NCBI GenBank assembly: GCA_951406725.2
Contig: OX597835.1
Span: 3,038,001-3,102,000, forward strand
DNA length: 64,000 nucleotides
From: Octopus vulgaris
Taxonomy: Eukaryota
Reading direction: 5' to 3'
Made by a program: the position numbers and the translations under genes. The notes under the pieces were generated by a model. It was not told where the DNA came from. It saw only the letters and a program-made list of their open reading frames with translations, and did no database searches. Shown here one piece after another: positions 25,486-37,471 of this stretch (the stretch's first letter is position 1; each line of letters opens with the position of its first letter).

Positions 25486-28400
25486 AAATACGTATATATG
25501 TATATAAATATATATATATATATATCATTATATGTATATATGTATATACATACATACATGCATACATACAAACATGCATGCATGCATACATACATAAATA
25601 CAGACAGACAGACACGCGTGCGCACACACACACACATAAATACATATACATATACATATTTTAACTTGGTAACTCGTATTAAAAAATGCTTGGAAACCGG
25701 ATGTAAGGGCAGATAATTACTACTGATATAAATGGAAACGAAACGAGGCGAAATCAAAATACAAATTGCAATCTTTTTTGATATCGTATGATCTGTTAAA
25801 TCGATATCATTAGTAATATTTAAAAAATATACTAAAAACTTATTAAGATTTTTTTTATTATTAAAATTAAAATAAAATAAAAGGTGAAACTGTACGATCG
25901 TCCATTTTAGTTCTATCCCTATCTGCAGTTCATCTTTATCCAGAATGATTGATCTACTTGCGGGTACATTTGTTTTATTTGTTTATGTGGCTGCTGTTGT
26001 TTTTTGTTTGTATTTATCATTTTCCTCATTTTATTCAACGATTAAAGTAACAATGTTTGCGATGTATATCTGTGTGTGTGAGTGTGTTTGAATTATACTA
26101 CTAAAATGTCTCCTCAACTGTCCACCTTGTGGCAATAACGAAGACAATCTTCAAAGCAAAACAAAAATACAAAAAAAATCAATCATTTAATGTATTGCCT
26201 TCAGTTTGTTATCGAACCTCGTAATGTTTTGATAGAAGCAAAGAAAAATGGCTGTGGATTGGCCGAATTTGTAAAGTGGTTGATGAAAGGCCTTAGTTAA
26301 CTCCCTTTATGTCTTGAATTCTAACAGCCGTTGAATTGCACTTAACCTTTTATCGTTTCTGGGTCGATAAAACGTGTATCGGCCAAGTATTTGTAGGAAA
26401 TTTAAAGCAACTAAACACGCCTTCACACACACACACGCACGCACACGCACGCACACACACACACACACACACACGCACACACACACACACACACACACGC
26501 ACGCACACACACACACACACACACACCTCCTCCTCCTTCCTCTTAATGTGTGACATTGTGCCCCAGTTAGAAAACCAGCGTTATGTTTTTTCAAAATTCT
26601 CTTAATGCATTACGTCAGCTTTGATCTCACTCCTCTTAATATTTTGATAAAAGCAATATGCCGAACCGAGACTTTGTATTACACTAATAGTACTCCAAAC
26701 TTTTTCATTTTAAAAAACTCTCTGCAAGCACTTCATTGTGTCTTTGAGCAACAGATTTAATTCCAAAACTTTCAATTCTTCTAACCACCGTAAATATATT
26801 AGCTGGTTGATGTTTTCGTTGAGCTATCCTTGCCGAATAGACCTACAATCAAAAGTATTCTAGCTGTGGCTATCTCGGATTTTGTGAATATTTACAGACT
26901 ATATTATCCAATGTGTCCCCATCTACCTTTCTTTCTTTTCAAGGTAACAAGGTTTAATTTCAAGGAAGTTTGAATGTTGTTGGTATAAGGTTAAGTAACA
27001 ACGTAGAAATATCTTTATTTCACGATTTAAAATTTCTCTTAATAAAGATTGGTACTTAGTGTCTCTGGTGCTTTACAGGGCCTCCAAAACTGGTGACAGA
27101 ATGGAAACAATTCCACAAACCATGGGGCTGGGTCATGAGATTACTGCAGAGTGGACTCGACTAAAGGTGTTGAAACGTCAAATAGCGTTCTTATACCGGA
27201 TGATGTATGAAATCAATCGTGATTTACTTGTATATCTTTCAATATATATTCACTATTGTGATAGAAATCGATATGGATATGTAATTATGACATCAGGAAA
27301 ATATGCATCTGACGTTTCGGGTTGTTTGTGCGCCTGATTGAGAAGAAAAAAAAAGAATTTTTTCCCTCAGATGATGCAGCAGTTCCGAAACATTATATTT
27401 AACTTTTCCTGGTGAAAAGTTAAACTCATACGAACTCATCCTTTGTCACAAACTCTGCAGCAAAAGTTTTGACGACCCAGACCACCAATTGTACTTTTTT
27501 ATCGTTTAATGCTTAACGCTAATTTTAATAAGCCATATTTTGAGGGGAACAACCTGGTGAAGCGAGAAAATGCTTGTAGCTGTAAATTCTAGCTGTGTAT
27601 TTAAATTGTAGATTTTTATACGATGAACTTCGTTTACATTTTTCGATAGAAGCAAAATGGCGAGGTGATAAAATGCCATGGACTGACAGAATTAGTAGAG
27701 AAATAGCTAAAATATCTTGTTGCACAAAGATACAACCATTTATGCGCGTCCTCGGCTCAAACACTGCCACCATTGGTTTTATCTTTCATCTCTCTGGGGT
27801 CGATAAAATAAGTATCAGTCAAGCATTGCAGTTCGATTTTCATCAGCCATAACTTTCGCTCGGTAAAATCCTATCTTCTGCCTGTGTTGGAAATCAATAT
27901 CAATTCTCAAAGACGTACTTTTTACTACCTTTCATATGGCGTCTCACCATTAAACAAAATGGCAGATAGCTAGAAAAAGCGGTCGATTAAGGAAATCTGA
28001 AAGTTTTGGAGGAGAGTCTACTGAAATCAACCACCAATATTTTTATTGATAGATTACTTCGTAGAACCCGGAATCATAAAAGAATAAAAATTAGTTTGGT
28101 AGTATTTAATCTCAGAACGTAAATTGCAACTTAGACATTTTTTTGCAACTCGTCGGCATTAAATAGCAGAGGATTTGCCAGCCAATCAGAGCTCCTCTGT
28201 ACCGTCACTCCACCTGATAGTTAAAAACATAATTTTAAATACAGTGTGTATGAAATAAGCAGATGGAATGGTCACTGTTGGAACGTTTTTCATCACTACT
28301 CTGCTTAATAAAAACCTATATGAAACTAAACAGTAATTAGTTCATCGGATTTTCGATAAATTTTGTCTGGAAAAAAGATGTAATGGTCACGGTTGGAGCA

Positions 28401-28737
28401 TTTTTATTCAGAGGTCCACTAACAATAGCCATACGACAAAAGAGTGCAGCAATATTAATTCGATCCGCTAGACGGCTGTCTTGGACAAGACAAAATAGAT
28501 CAATATTTATATAGTAACTGATCGATTAATATCCGTTCGTTGGTATCTTCAATAGAATTAACGAAAATCTTCATTTATTTATTTATTTATTTCAATACTC
28601 CAGGCAAGAATTTAATAATATTTTATTAATGATCTGATTCCAAAATGTAATACATTCTTTACAATTAATGGATTTCGCATCAACTAATAATAGAAATGTA
28701 TGTGCATGGTATATATATATATTTATATATATATATA

Positions 28738-29147
28738 TGTGGTTGTGTAGTAAGTAGCTTGCTTACTAACCACATGGTTTTGGGTTCATTCCCACTGCGT
28801 GTCACCTTGGGCAAGTGTCTTCTACTATAGCCTCGGACGGACCAAAGTCTTATGAGTGGATTTGGTAGACGGAAACTGAAAGAATCCCGTCGTATATATG
28901 TATATATGTATATATACGCCATGATAGATCGTTAGCCACTACACACATTTTTTCTATCCTTGTTTCTCTCCTTGTTTTTTCTGTGTACCTATCTGTAGAA
29001 GAGCGTAGGCTCGAAACGTAAAAGACTTTTTCTATTCCTGAGCGCTATACTAATACATCTGTTTGTTTTGTACACCACCTTATACCGGATGATGATTGAA
29101 ATCAATTGTGATTTACTTTTGGTTTGTCTTTTTTCGTAAACTTTCCC

Positions 29148-29184
<37 letters not shown>

Positions 29185-29420
29185 GTATGTGTGTGTGTGC
29201 ATATGTTTGTGTGTCTGTGCTTGTGCCCCCAACATCGTCGCTTGACAACCGATGGTGGTGTGTTTACGTCCCCCTAACTTAACGGTTCGGCAAAAGAGAT
29301 CGGTAGAATAAGTACTAGGCTTCCAAAGTCCTGGGGTCGATATGCTCGACTAAAAGGCGGTGCCCCAGCATGGCCGCGGTCAAATGACTGAAACAAGTAA
29401 AAGAGTAAAAGAATAAAAGA
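28738..29420 (+). mobile_element. SINE family A, split by an insertion (about 28918-29148) in its internal TA tract
   Basis: 5' half 28738-28893 and 3' half about 29200-29420 are colinear with intact copies. Confidence 0.85.
28989..29024 (+). ncRNA. minimal hammerhead-like motif (A6U variant)
   Basis: ctat-CTGTAGA-a-gagc(gtag)gctc-GAAA-cg-TA-aaag; related copy at 54738-54766. Confidence 0.6.
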
Positions 29421-29494
29421 ATATATATATCGTATATGTGTATATATACATATATACACATATAGGATATATATATTCATATATAAAGGCTAAA

Positions 29495-29815
29495 GGTCCT
29501 TTTCGATCATGAATGACCATAGGATTGCACCTAGATGGGTTACCCTCCGAAACACATGTCCGGGCAAATTTGCTTATGAAAGACCAGCAATCATCCATCT
29601 ATACCAGCCTCCCCTTTTGACACCACCGGTGTTATCCTAGAGAAAGGCAAAGGGGCCGATACAGCTTGGCATCAGTGATGTTGCAACTCACTTCTACAGC
29701 TGAGTGAAGTAGGGCAACATCTTACTCAAGGACACCACACACAGCCCGGTTTGGGAATCGAACTCACTACTTCACGGTTGTGAGCCCAACGCTTTAACTA
29801 CTGAACCATGCGCTT
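29495..29815 (-). mobile_element. SINE family C
   Basis: Reverse complement of 6103-6438. Confidence 0.8.
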
Positions 29816-29824
29816 TCGTATATA

Positions 29825-30055
29825 TTTCTTTACTGCCCACAAGGGCCTAAACACAGAAGGAACAAACAAGGACAGACAAACGGATTAAGTCGATTACATC
29901 GACCCCAGTGCGTAAATGGTACTTAATTTATCGACCCCGAAAGGATGAAAGGCAAAGTCGACCTCGGCGGAATTTGAACTCGGAACGTAACGGCAGACGA
30001 AATACGGCTATGCATTTCGCCCGGAATGCTAACGTTTCTGCCAGCTCGCCGCCCT
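29825..30055 (-). mobile_element. SINE family B, near full length
   Basis: Minus strand reads ggcggcgagctggcagaaacgttagca..gagttcaaattccgccgaggtcgactttgcctttcatcctttcggggtcgataaattaagtacc. Confidence 0.9.
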
Positions 30056-30132
30056 ATGCGGTTTCATATATGTACATATGTTTATACACACATACATATA
30101 TATTCAAGTTTGTATTTATAAATGTATATATG

Positions 30133-30178
<46 letters not shown>

Positions 30179-30749
30179 GGTAAGAAAATGCCAAAAAGTC
30201 ATATAATATAATAGGTACATACATATTAATCTAGCATTAATATTCATTGAAATAAGAATTGGTTACAGGCAATGTACATGTCAAGCTAAAGTAGCTATGA
30301 ATAGACTGTTGCAAGGCATCAATTCATTTATTCGAAAGAGAGTAGAGAAATGCATAAATTTATTGGAAAAGCAAAAGAGTCCGGAAAATGAAAGTTCATA
30401 ATGATTCGGCATAGGAAATTCAAACAGTAATGTCCTTAATGAAATAAAGGAGAATTTGAGATGTCCTTCGTATTGGTTCAACTTTGATCGGTAAATAAAA
30501 TTTATGGGATCAATAATAATAATTTCTGGGGTAATTGATAGGAAAGTGCAAGTAGTTCTTTACAGCTGTTTCTGGTATAGATATTCATTAGAAGCAGTTA
30601 TGTGCATTGCCTCTACATATATTAAAAGATAGATTTGTATTAATATGTTTCAGTTGGAATGGTGAAAAACCGAATTTGATCTACAGAAAGATGAGTGGCA
30701 AAATCCAAACACAGAAATATGGAAACCAATATATAAGAACACATAAGCA

Positions 30750-31112
30750 TCAGGCACAAATGTGGCTGTGTGGTAAGAAGTTTGCTTCATGACCACATGG
30801 TTCCGGGTTCAATCCCTCTGAGTGGTATTTTCGACAAGTGTCTTCTAATTTAACCTCGGGCCGTCCAAAGCCCTGGACTGACCAAAGTTTTGTGCGTGGA
30901 TTTAGTTGACGAAAATGAAAGAAACCCATTGTGTATGTGTGCATCTGTGTGTGACTTCACGTCCCGTATCCAAGTGGTTCGGCAAAACAGACCGATAAAA
31001 CAAATACCAGGCTCCCCAAATGATAGTAATGAGGTCGATTCATTCGACTCAAAATTGTAGAAGGTGGTGCCCCAGCATGGCCGTGTTATAACGACAGAAA
31101 CAAGTAAAAGGT
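30750..31112 (+). mobile_element. SINE family A
   Basis: gtggctgtgtggtaagaagtttgc..catggttccgggttcaatcc..ggtggtgccccagcatggcc..gaaacaagtaaaag. Confidence 0.85.
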
Positions 31113-31184
31113 AAGATTTATAACTATTCATCCATCTTTTGCCTTGTTATGTGTGTGTGTGTGTTTTGCGTGTGTTAGGAGGAG

Positions 31185-31340
31185 AGGCTTAAGTCGATTG
31201 TATCGACCTCAGTTCTCAACTGGTACTTATTTTATCGACCCCCGAAAGAATGAAAGGCAAATTTCACCTCGGCGCAATTTGAACTCAGGGCGTAAAGACG
31301 AGCGAAATGCTGCTAATCATTTTGCACGACGTGCTAACGA
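31185..31340 (-). mobile_element. SINE family B
   Basis: Matches 29885-30055. Confidence 0.8.
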
Positions 31341-31360
31341 TTCTGCCAGACCGCCGCCTT

Positions 31361-31548
31361 ATGTGTATGTGTATATGTGTGTTTTTGTGTGTGTGTGTGT
31401 GTATGTGTGTGTATTTGTGTGTTTGTGTGTGTGTATATGTGTGTTTTTGTGTGTGTGTGTGTGTGTATGTGTGTGTGTGTTTGTGTGTGTGTTTGTGTGT
31501 ATGTGTGTTTGTGTGTGTGTGTATGTGTGTGTGTTTGTGTGTTTATGT

Positions 31549-31624
<76 letters not shown>

Positions 31625-31628
31625 ATGT

Positions 31629-31672
<44 letters not shown>

Positions 31673-31706
31673 ATGTGTGTGTTTGTGTGTGTGTGTGTGT
31701 TTATGT

Positions 31707-31778
<72 letters not shown>

Positions 31779-31806
31779 GTTTGTGTGTGTGTATGTGTGT
31801 GTGATT

Positions 31807-31841
<35 letters not shown>
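31361..31841. repeat. about 480-bp imperfect (TG)n array
   Basis: Direct inspection. Confidence 0.95.
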
Positions 31842-31842
<1 letters not shown>

Positions 31843-32491
31843 ATACATATTAGCATGCATTCTATATGACCTAAAATATAATGTAACTATACGAAAATAT
31901 ATAGAAATACAACCAAATTGTCTCTTAATAATGATAAACCTGCAAATTTTTTGGAACTATTTTCTCCATATTTGCTCCTGGCTTCATTGCTTTCAAGTAT
32001 TTCGGTCAATTAAACATTACACCTCTATAAATATTACTTTTGCAGTATTTGTCTATGCTTATTCGTTGGGTTAACTAACAACTACTAAGATTGGAACGAA
32101 TGACTATGAAATATCATCCAATTATTGCATGAGATTTAACTATTGCTCATAAATTTCGTTTGTACAAATCAGTGGTTCTCACTATTTGATTCCAGATTAT
32201 GGCTAAGCAATTAAGTACCAGAAACGTATGTCCATTTATAATTATTTCGACATATTTACACTTTGAACTGTTTTTTTTCCAGCCAATTATATAGCATGTG
32301 TATATGCGTGTGTTACATCGGAGGTGTGGGGCGTTAAATAGATTACATCGACCCCAATCTTCAACTGGTACTTATTTTATCGACCCCGAAAGGATAAAAA
32401 GCAAAGTGGACCTCAGTGGAAATTCTTTTTAATAATAGTTGATATGAACGTTAGTTTCTTCATTTCTTCAGTCGTTTCACATCGTTTAGTT

Positions 32492-32734
32492 CAGCGGTTC
32501 TCAACCATTTTTAAAACCTTATGGACCTCTTTTATTCTTGTTTTACTTAGATGAACCCATATAGCCATTCGACTTTTAAAGAGATAGGAATTTTATTAAA
32601 AAATGTATCGTATGAAAAAAACAACAACTTTGTATATTGTGGTAATATAACTGATTTATTCTGCATAAATTTTAACAACAAAATCTTATATGGACCCTCC
32701 TAAGGGTCATGTGGGCCCCGGTTGAGAACCACTG
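32492..32734. mobile_element. hAT (Charlie/MER5-like) MITE
   Basis: TIRs CAGCGGTTCTCAACC / GGTTGAGAACCACTG; degenerate 8-bp flanks gtttagtt / gaatagag. Confidence 0.8.
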
Positions 32735-33004
32735 GAATAGAGAGAAAGGAAGAGGGTAATATAGAGAAACAGGGGTAGTGTTATTACACGTACTTGGGTA
32801 CGCAATGTGTAAATGAAAGCTACACTTGCACACATAATGACAGGACGGCGAGCCTGGCGGGGAATAATCTATTACATTTTTCTTTTTGAAAGTAAATTGG
32901 CATTTATTTTATTATTCATGTAACCAGCAAGAAATTTGATAAAAGTTAAATAATATCTATTGTATACATTTCCTGATATTTCTCTTTGGGTAAATATCAG
33001 GAAA

Positions 33005-33257
33005 CAATTGCAGCGTGGAAGGTGTTTGTAAGCCATTTAAGAAACACACAAAAGCCGTTCGATTCACTTCAACATTTAAATTTAATTTGTCAAAATATTT
33101 TCGTGGCAGAGATTTTTGTCAGTGAACAGGTCGCGGTCTTATAACGACGAAAATATTTTGACAAATTAAACTTAAATGGCTTACAAACACCTTCCACCTT
33201 TTTTTCGTTTCAGCACACGATCTCAGATCAAATCACTTGCTATGCAAGTACATCTCC
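33005..33257. mobile_element. 253-bp fold-back insertion carrying a hammerhead, flanked by a 15-bp direct repeat (probable TSD)
   Basis: gtaaatatcaggaaa at 32990-33004 and 33258-33272; internal inverted arms. Confidence 0.7.
33115..33165 (+). ncRNA. minimal type-I hammerhead ribozyme, G3:C8 core variant
   Basis: tttgtca-GTGAACA-g-gtcg(cggtcttataa)cgac-GAAA-atat-TT-tgacaaa; 7-bp stem I, palindromic stem III. Confidence 0.75.
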
Positions 33258-34150
33258 GTAAATATCAGGAAATACATATTATAAAGGGTAAGACACACAC
33301 ACACACACATACACACAAACACACACATACATACACACGCACACATGTGGTCTCGCTCGCTGTGGGGTGGTTATCTCCCCTGTCAGTGCATAGACATGTG
33401 TTTCTCTGCAGCTGTAAATGCTTTTAGCTCTTATTTCTAGCAAGGTAGCTGCTCCTCCAAACCGTCAGCCACAATTAGTGACAATCGAATTTTTCCTTTT
33501 TGGTTATAAATTGCGTATAGCCGTCTTTATTTTTATAATTTTCACATTACCATTTTGCTGAATCAGCCATTGATTCTTTTGGCAAATACTATATATAGTG
33601 ATAATTGGCTTTCAGTAATCACCACTGATGAGCATTAATTTTAAGCGAAACTTTTTATGACTGCAACAAGTCAGAGATAAAAGATAAAGAAACCACTCCG
33701 AAAGAAAAACACACAGCGAAATGGAAGAGCCTCTACAACGCCAGTGGTGCTGCTAGAAATAGTCGCTAAACCCTTCAAGAATAACCTACCATTTTAAAAA
33801 GAATGTAAGAGCGCATCGATAATATGGTGTTTCTTAAGTAAAGTCCGGTAAGGGTAAATTAGGGGCTTAACAACAAAGTAGCATCCAGACGGGGAGAAGG
33901 GTCCCCAGCACATTGATATGAATGAGTAGGGCTCTTACTGTTGACCGTCACGGCAATTTCACTATACCCTGCTTATTACTCTTGTGCGCGTGCGTGTGTG
34001 TGACTGTGCGCGCGTATGTGTTTGTATGTGTGTTTGTGTTAGTTCGAGTGCGTGAGTCTGTGAGTGTGCGCTTGTGTGTGTGTGTAATTGTGTGTATACG
34101 CACAAATGCATTTTATCTTTAAATGCGTGTATCATTATATGAATACATAC

Positions 34151-34188
<38 letters not shown>

Positions 34189-34315
34189 TGTCATAATACA
34201 TTTGAAACTAGATTATATATACACACATGTATGTATCTATATATATATATATATATACATACATATATATTCATAAATATATATACATACATGCATATCT
34301 ACATATATATATATG

Positions 34316-34369
<54 letters not shown>

Positions 34370-34372
34370 TAA

Positions 34373-34437
<65 letters not shown>

Positions 34438-34802
34438 CATGTGTATATATACACTGACATACTTTAGTCTAACATGATTTATGAGACTTCTTAATGTGAG
34501 ATTAACGATGGAGAAAGAGAGGAGAGAGTAAGAGGGGGAGATTGAGGAGAGAGACAAAATAATGAGACGTTTGGAGAAGGCAAACCATGCAAAGAATAAT
34601 AAAGAATCTCTGATTATATTTAATGGTTCGTCTAACAAGTTTTCCTTCCCATAAGTCTACGGAGATCGAGAAGTAAAGGGGCGACATTAAAGCAACAGCG
34701 GAGGGGAAGTGTCGCATGTGGAATTATATTTTCCTGGTTAATAATTTAATTTCAACCAATATTACTCTTGCTATTACAGACGCATATATTTGTGTTCGCG
34801 CG

Positions 34803-34846
<44 letters not shown>

Positions 34847-34867
34847 TGTGTGTATGTGTGTGTATGT

Positions 34868-34917
<50 letters not shown>

Positions 34918-34936
34918 GTGTGTATATGCCTATATA

Positions 34937-34985
<49 letters not shown>

Positions 34986-35697
34986 CACATACAAACATAC
35001 ATGTATACATATTTACATGCGTACATACTACATAAATCCATACATACTACATACATGTTTGTGCGTCTGTGCGTATATATGATTATATGCATAAATGCAT
35101 GTATGTATGTGCGTATGTATATATGTATATATTAGAGACACACTAAACTGCGTCGAATGAAATATAAGCGTGTACAATTACATTAACATGTTCGTGTACA
35201 CTTGACATAAAGCGACAGACTGCAAAATTGTCTCGAGAGACAAAATTTCCTCAGAGATAATCACCTAAGTTTGATTCAACGTTGCCCAATGCGTTGGTAA
35301 TTAAATTTAACATACGAAAATGTGCCCATCCATCCATTCCTCTTTCCCATGCATTATTCCCGGAGGTGTCGCAGGCTAGACACCTCAGGCACCTTCTCCT
35401 TACACTTTCTGAATGGATCGCCATGGCTGAATCTATAAATATTATGCAACCAACCATCTGGTTCTTGGTTTACGCTTATGTCTCCTGCTGCGTTCTAATC
35501 TCATGTTGATAGTACCGGAGCTGTGACTTCTCGTTGCGAAGAAGCAGCACATCGTCCAGGAAAGACTCCTATTATAATAATGCCTGTATTTTCTATTTCT
35601 TTATAATACCCGTATTTTCTATTTTCATAATAATAATAATGATAATAATAATGATAATAATAATAATAATAATAATGATAATAATAATAATAATAAA

Positions 35698-35775
35698 CAA
35701 AAAGTTCAAGCAAAAGCTCAGAGAATACGCAGATTTGAGAAAAGAATCAAATTCTACAAACAAAATAAGATGTTC
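35698..35775 (+). mobile_element. R4/Dong-like internal fragment directly after (TAA)n
   Basis: QKVQAKAQRIRRFEKRIKFYKQNKMF, typical of the region just upstream of the R4/Dong RT. Confidence 0.6.
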
Positions 35776-36221
35776 TAGTATATTCTTCCTAACCAAATCC
35801 TCCTCACTAGCACACATGCATCCGAACTGGTAGAATCTCTCGATACCACCATTTACCCTGTAGCGAAATCGAAACGTAAATCTTGTGAATTCATAAGCAA
35901 CTTATTCCACCTGAAGACGCACTTTTACACTGTGCATTACATCTGGTATTATTTCATCTTGCCAAGCCCACGAGAGAGTAATGCAACTTGAATTCGAAAC
36001 AATTGTGCTAATAAATGTTTTTGTTATACTCCATCTTTTCCATTAATCTTTAATATATATTCTACCCTTATGAGGCTTTCTTTTAGGGGAAATTAATGCA
36101 TTTGTATTGCAATATCATTTTTCATTGAAAACATTTTCACTATTCTCGCTCTGTTAACGGCTAGGCGTTCAGGCGAGTATACTAGCATTGATGTGGTACC
36201 ATTTGAAATATTGTCTAGGTA

Positions 36222-36294
36222 AATGCAGCTGATGAAGACAAACCAAATTTACGTTGTCAAGCGTATTTGCTGAGTCAGAAACCGGTCCTGCATT
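36222..36294 (+). ncRNA. type-I hammerhead ribozyme with canonical core
   Basis: aatgcag-CTGATGA-a-gac..gtc-a-GAAA-ccgg-TC-ctgcatt; 7-bp stem I, palindromic ACCGGT stem III, GUC triplet. Confidence 0.85.
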
Positions 36295-36473
36295 ATCCGA
36301 ATCTGGGTTGTCCATTTATCTAATGTTCTTCCTAGAGATAAGACAAACTTTGCCAGTATATACGCAGTGAACCTATACTATAGCGTCGTATTTGTATCGA
36401 TTGCTATTTTCCAGTAAATATTGGTGCCTTGTTGTACCACTCATTTGTTTATATACATACATACATACATATG

Positions 36474-36517
<44 letters not shown>

Positions 36518-36613
36518 CGTTTTTGGATTTCGTTTGCAAGATTCTTTATATGAATTCGTGTATTGAAGCATATTCTGTTATCATTTTGTTTTTGTACCTT
36601 ATAATAGTCAAAA

Positions 36614-36650
36614 CTATTGAAAAGGTTGCAAGACGCAACGAAAATTTTAG
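36614..36650 (+). ncRNA. minimal type-I hammerhead ribozyme, U3:A8 core variant
   Basis: cta-TTGAAAA-g-gttgc(aagac)gcaac-GAAA-at-TT-tag. Confidence 0.6.
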
Positions 36651-36744
36651 GAAAATAAAAATAAGAAAAATGTGGAAATTTTACCGGTGAGTGTGTTATA
36701 TTATAAAGCACAAAAAGAAAATGATTCTCCCTAGACACAACAGA

Positions 36745-36803
<59 letters not shown>

Positions 36804-36919
36804 TATATACATGTGTGTGTGTGTTCGGTATATAAGCTTGAACGAGCTGGGTTTCTGTAAGTGGCCTGCAAAACTTTAAGACGCATGGAGCCGTATCAAA
36901 CTTTTTTACATGCTATATA

Positions 36920-36983
<64 letters not shown>

Positions 36984-37471
36984 GTAAATATTATGTACAT
37001 ATCATATGTTTAATATGTGTTGAAAATCAATAAATTTTATATTTTGTTTACAATTTTATAATCTTCATAATTTTTTTTTTAGTTTTATTTTATTCCTGTT
37101 CGGTCCCGCCTATCTACCCACGACAACTATTTTTTCAGTTTGTCTGCAATCGATAACTCCACCTCCATCTCTATTACGGAGCAATAGTTTAGCTGAACTT
37201 TAAAAACGTGTTCAGTTAAATACTGAAATGCTTCGAAATGTGTTTCGCAACACAGATGTCATAGTTGCAAGAACACAGACAGAGCACACGTTGAAAATTT
37301 CCAATAAAGTTTGGCGCAAGATTTATAAATCTAATTATTTTGGTATCATAATTAAGTAACAAACCTAGAATTCGGTCTGCTTCTTTTTAGAATTTACCTA
37401 ATTTCATTGAAAGAGATAGTACATTCTAGGATACCGTATTTAAGTATGCATATATATATATATATATATAT

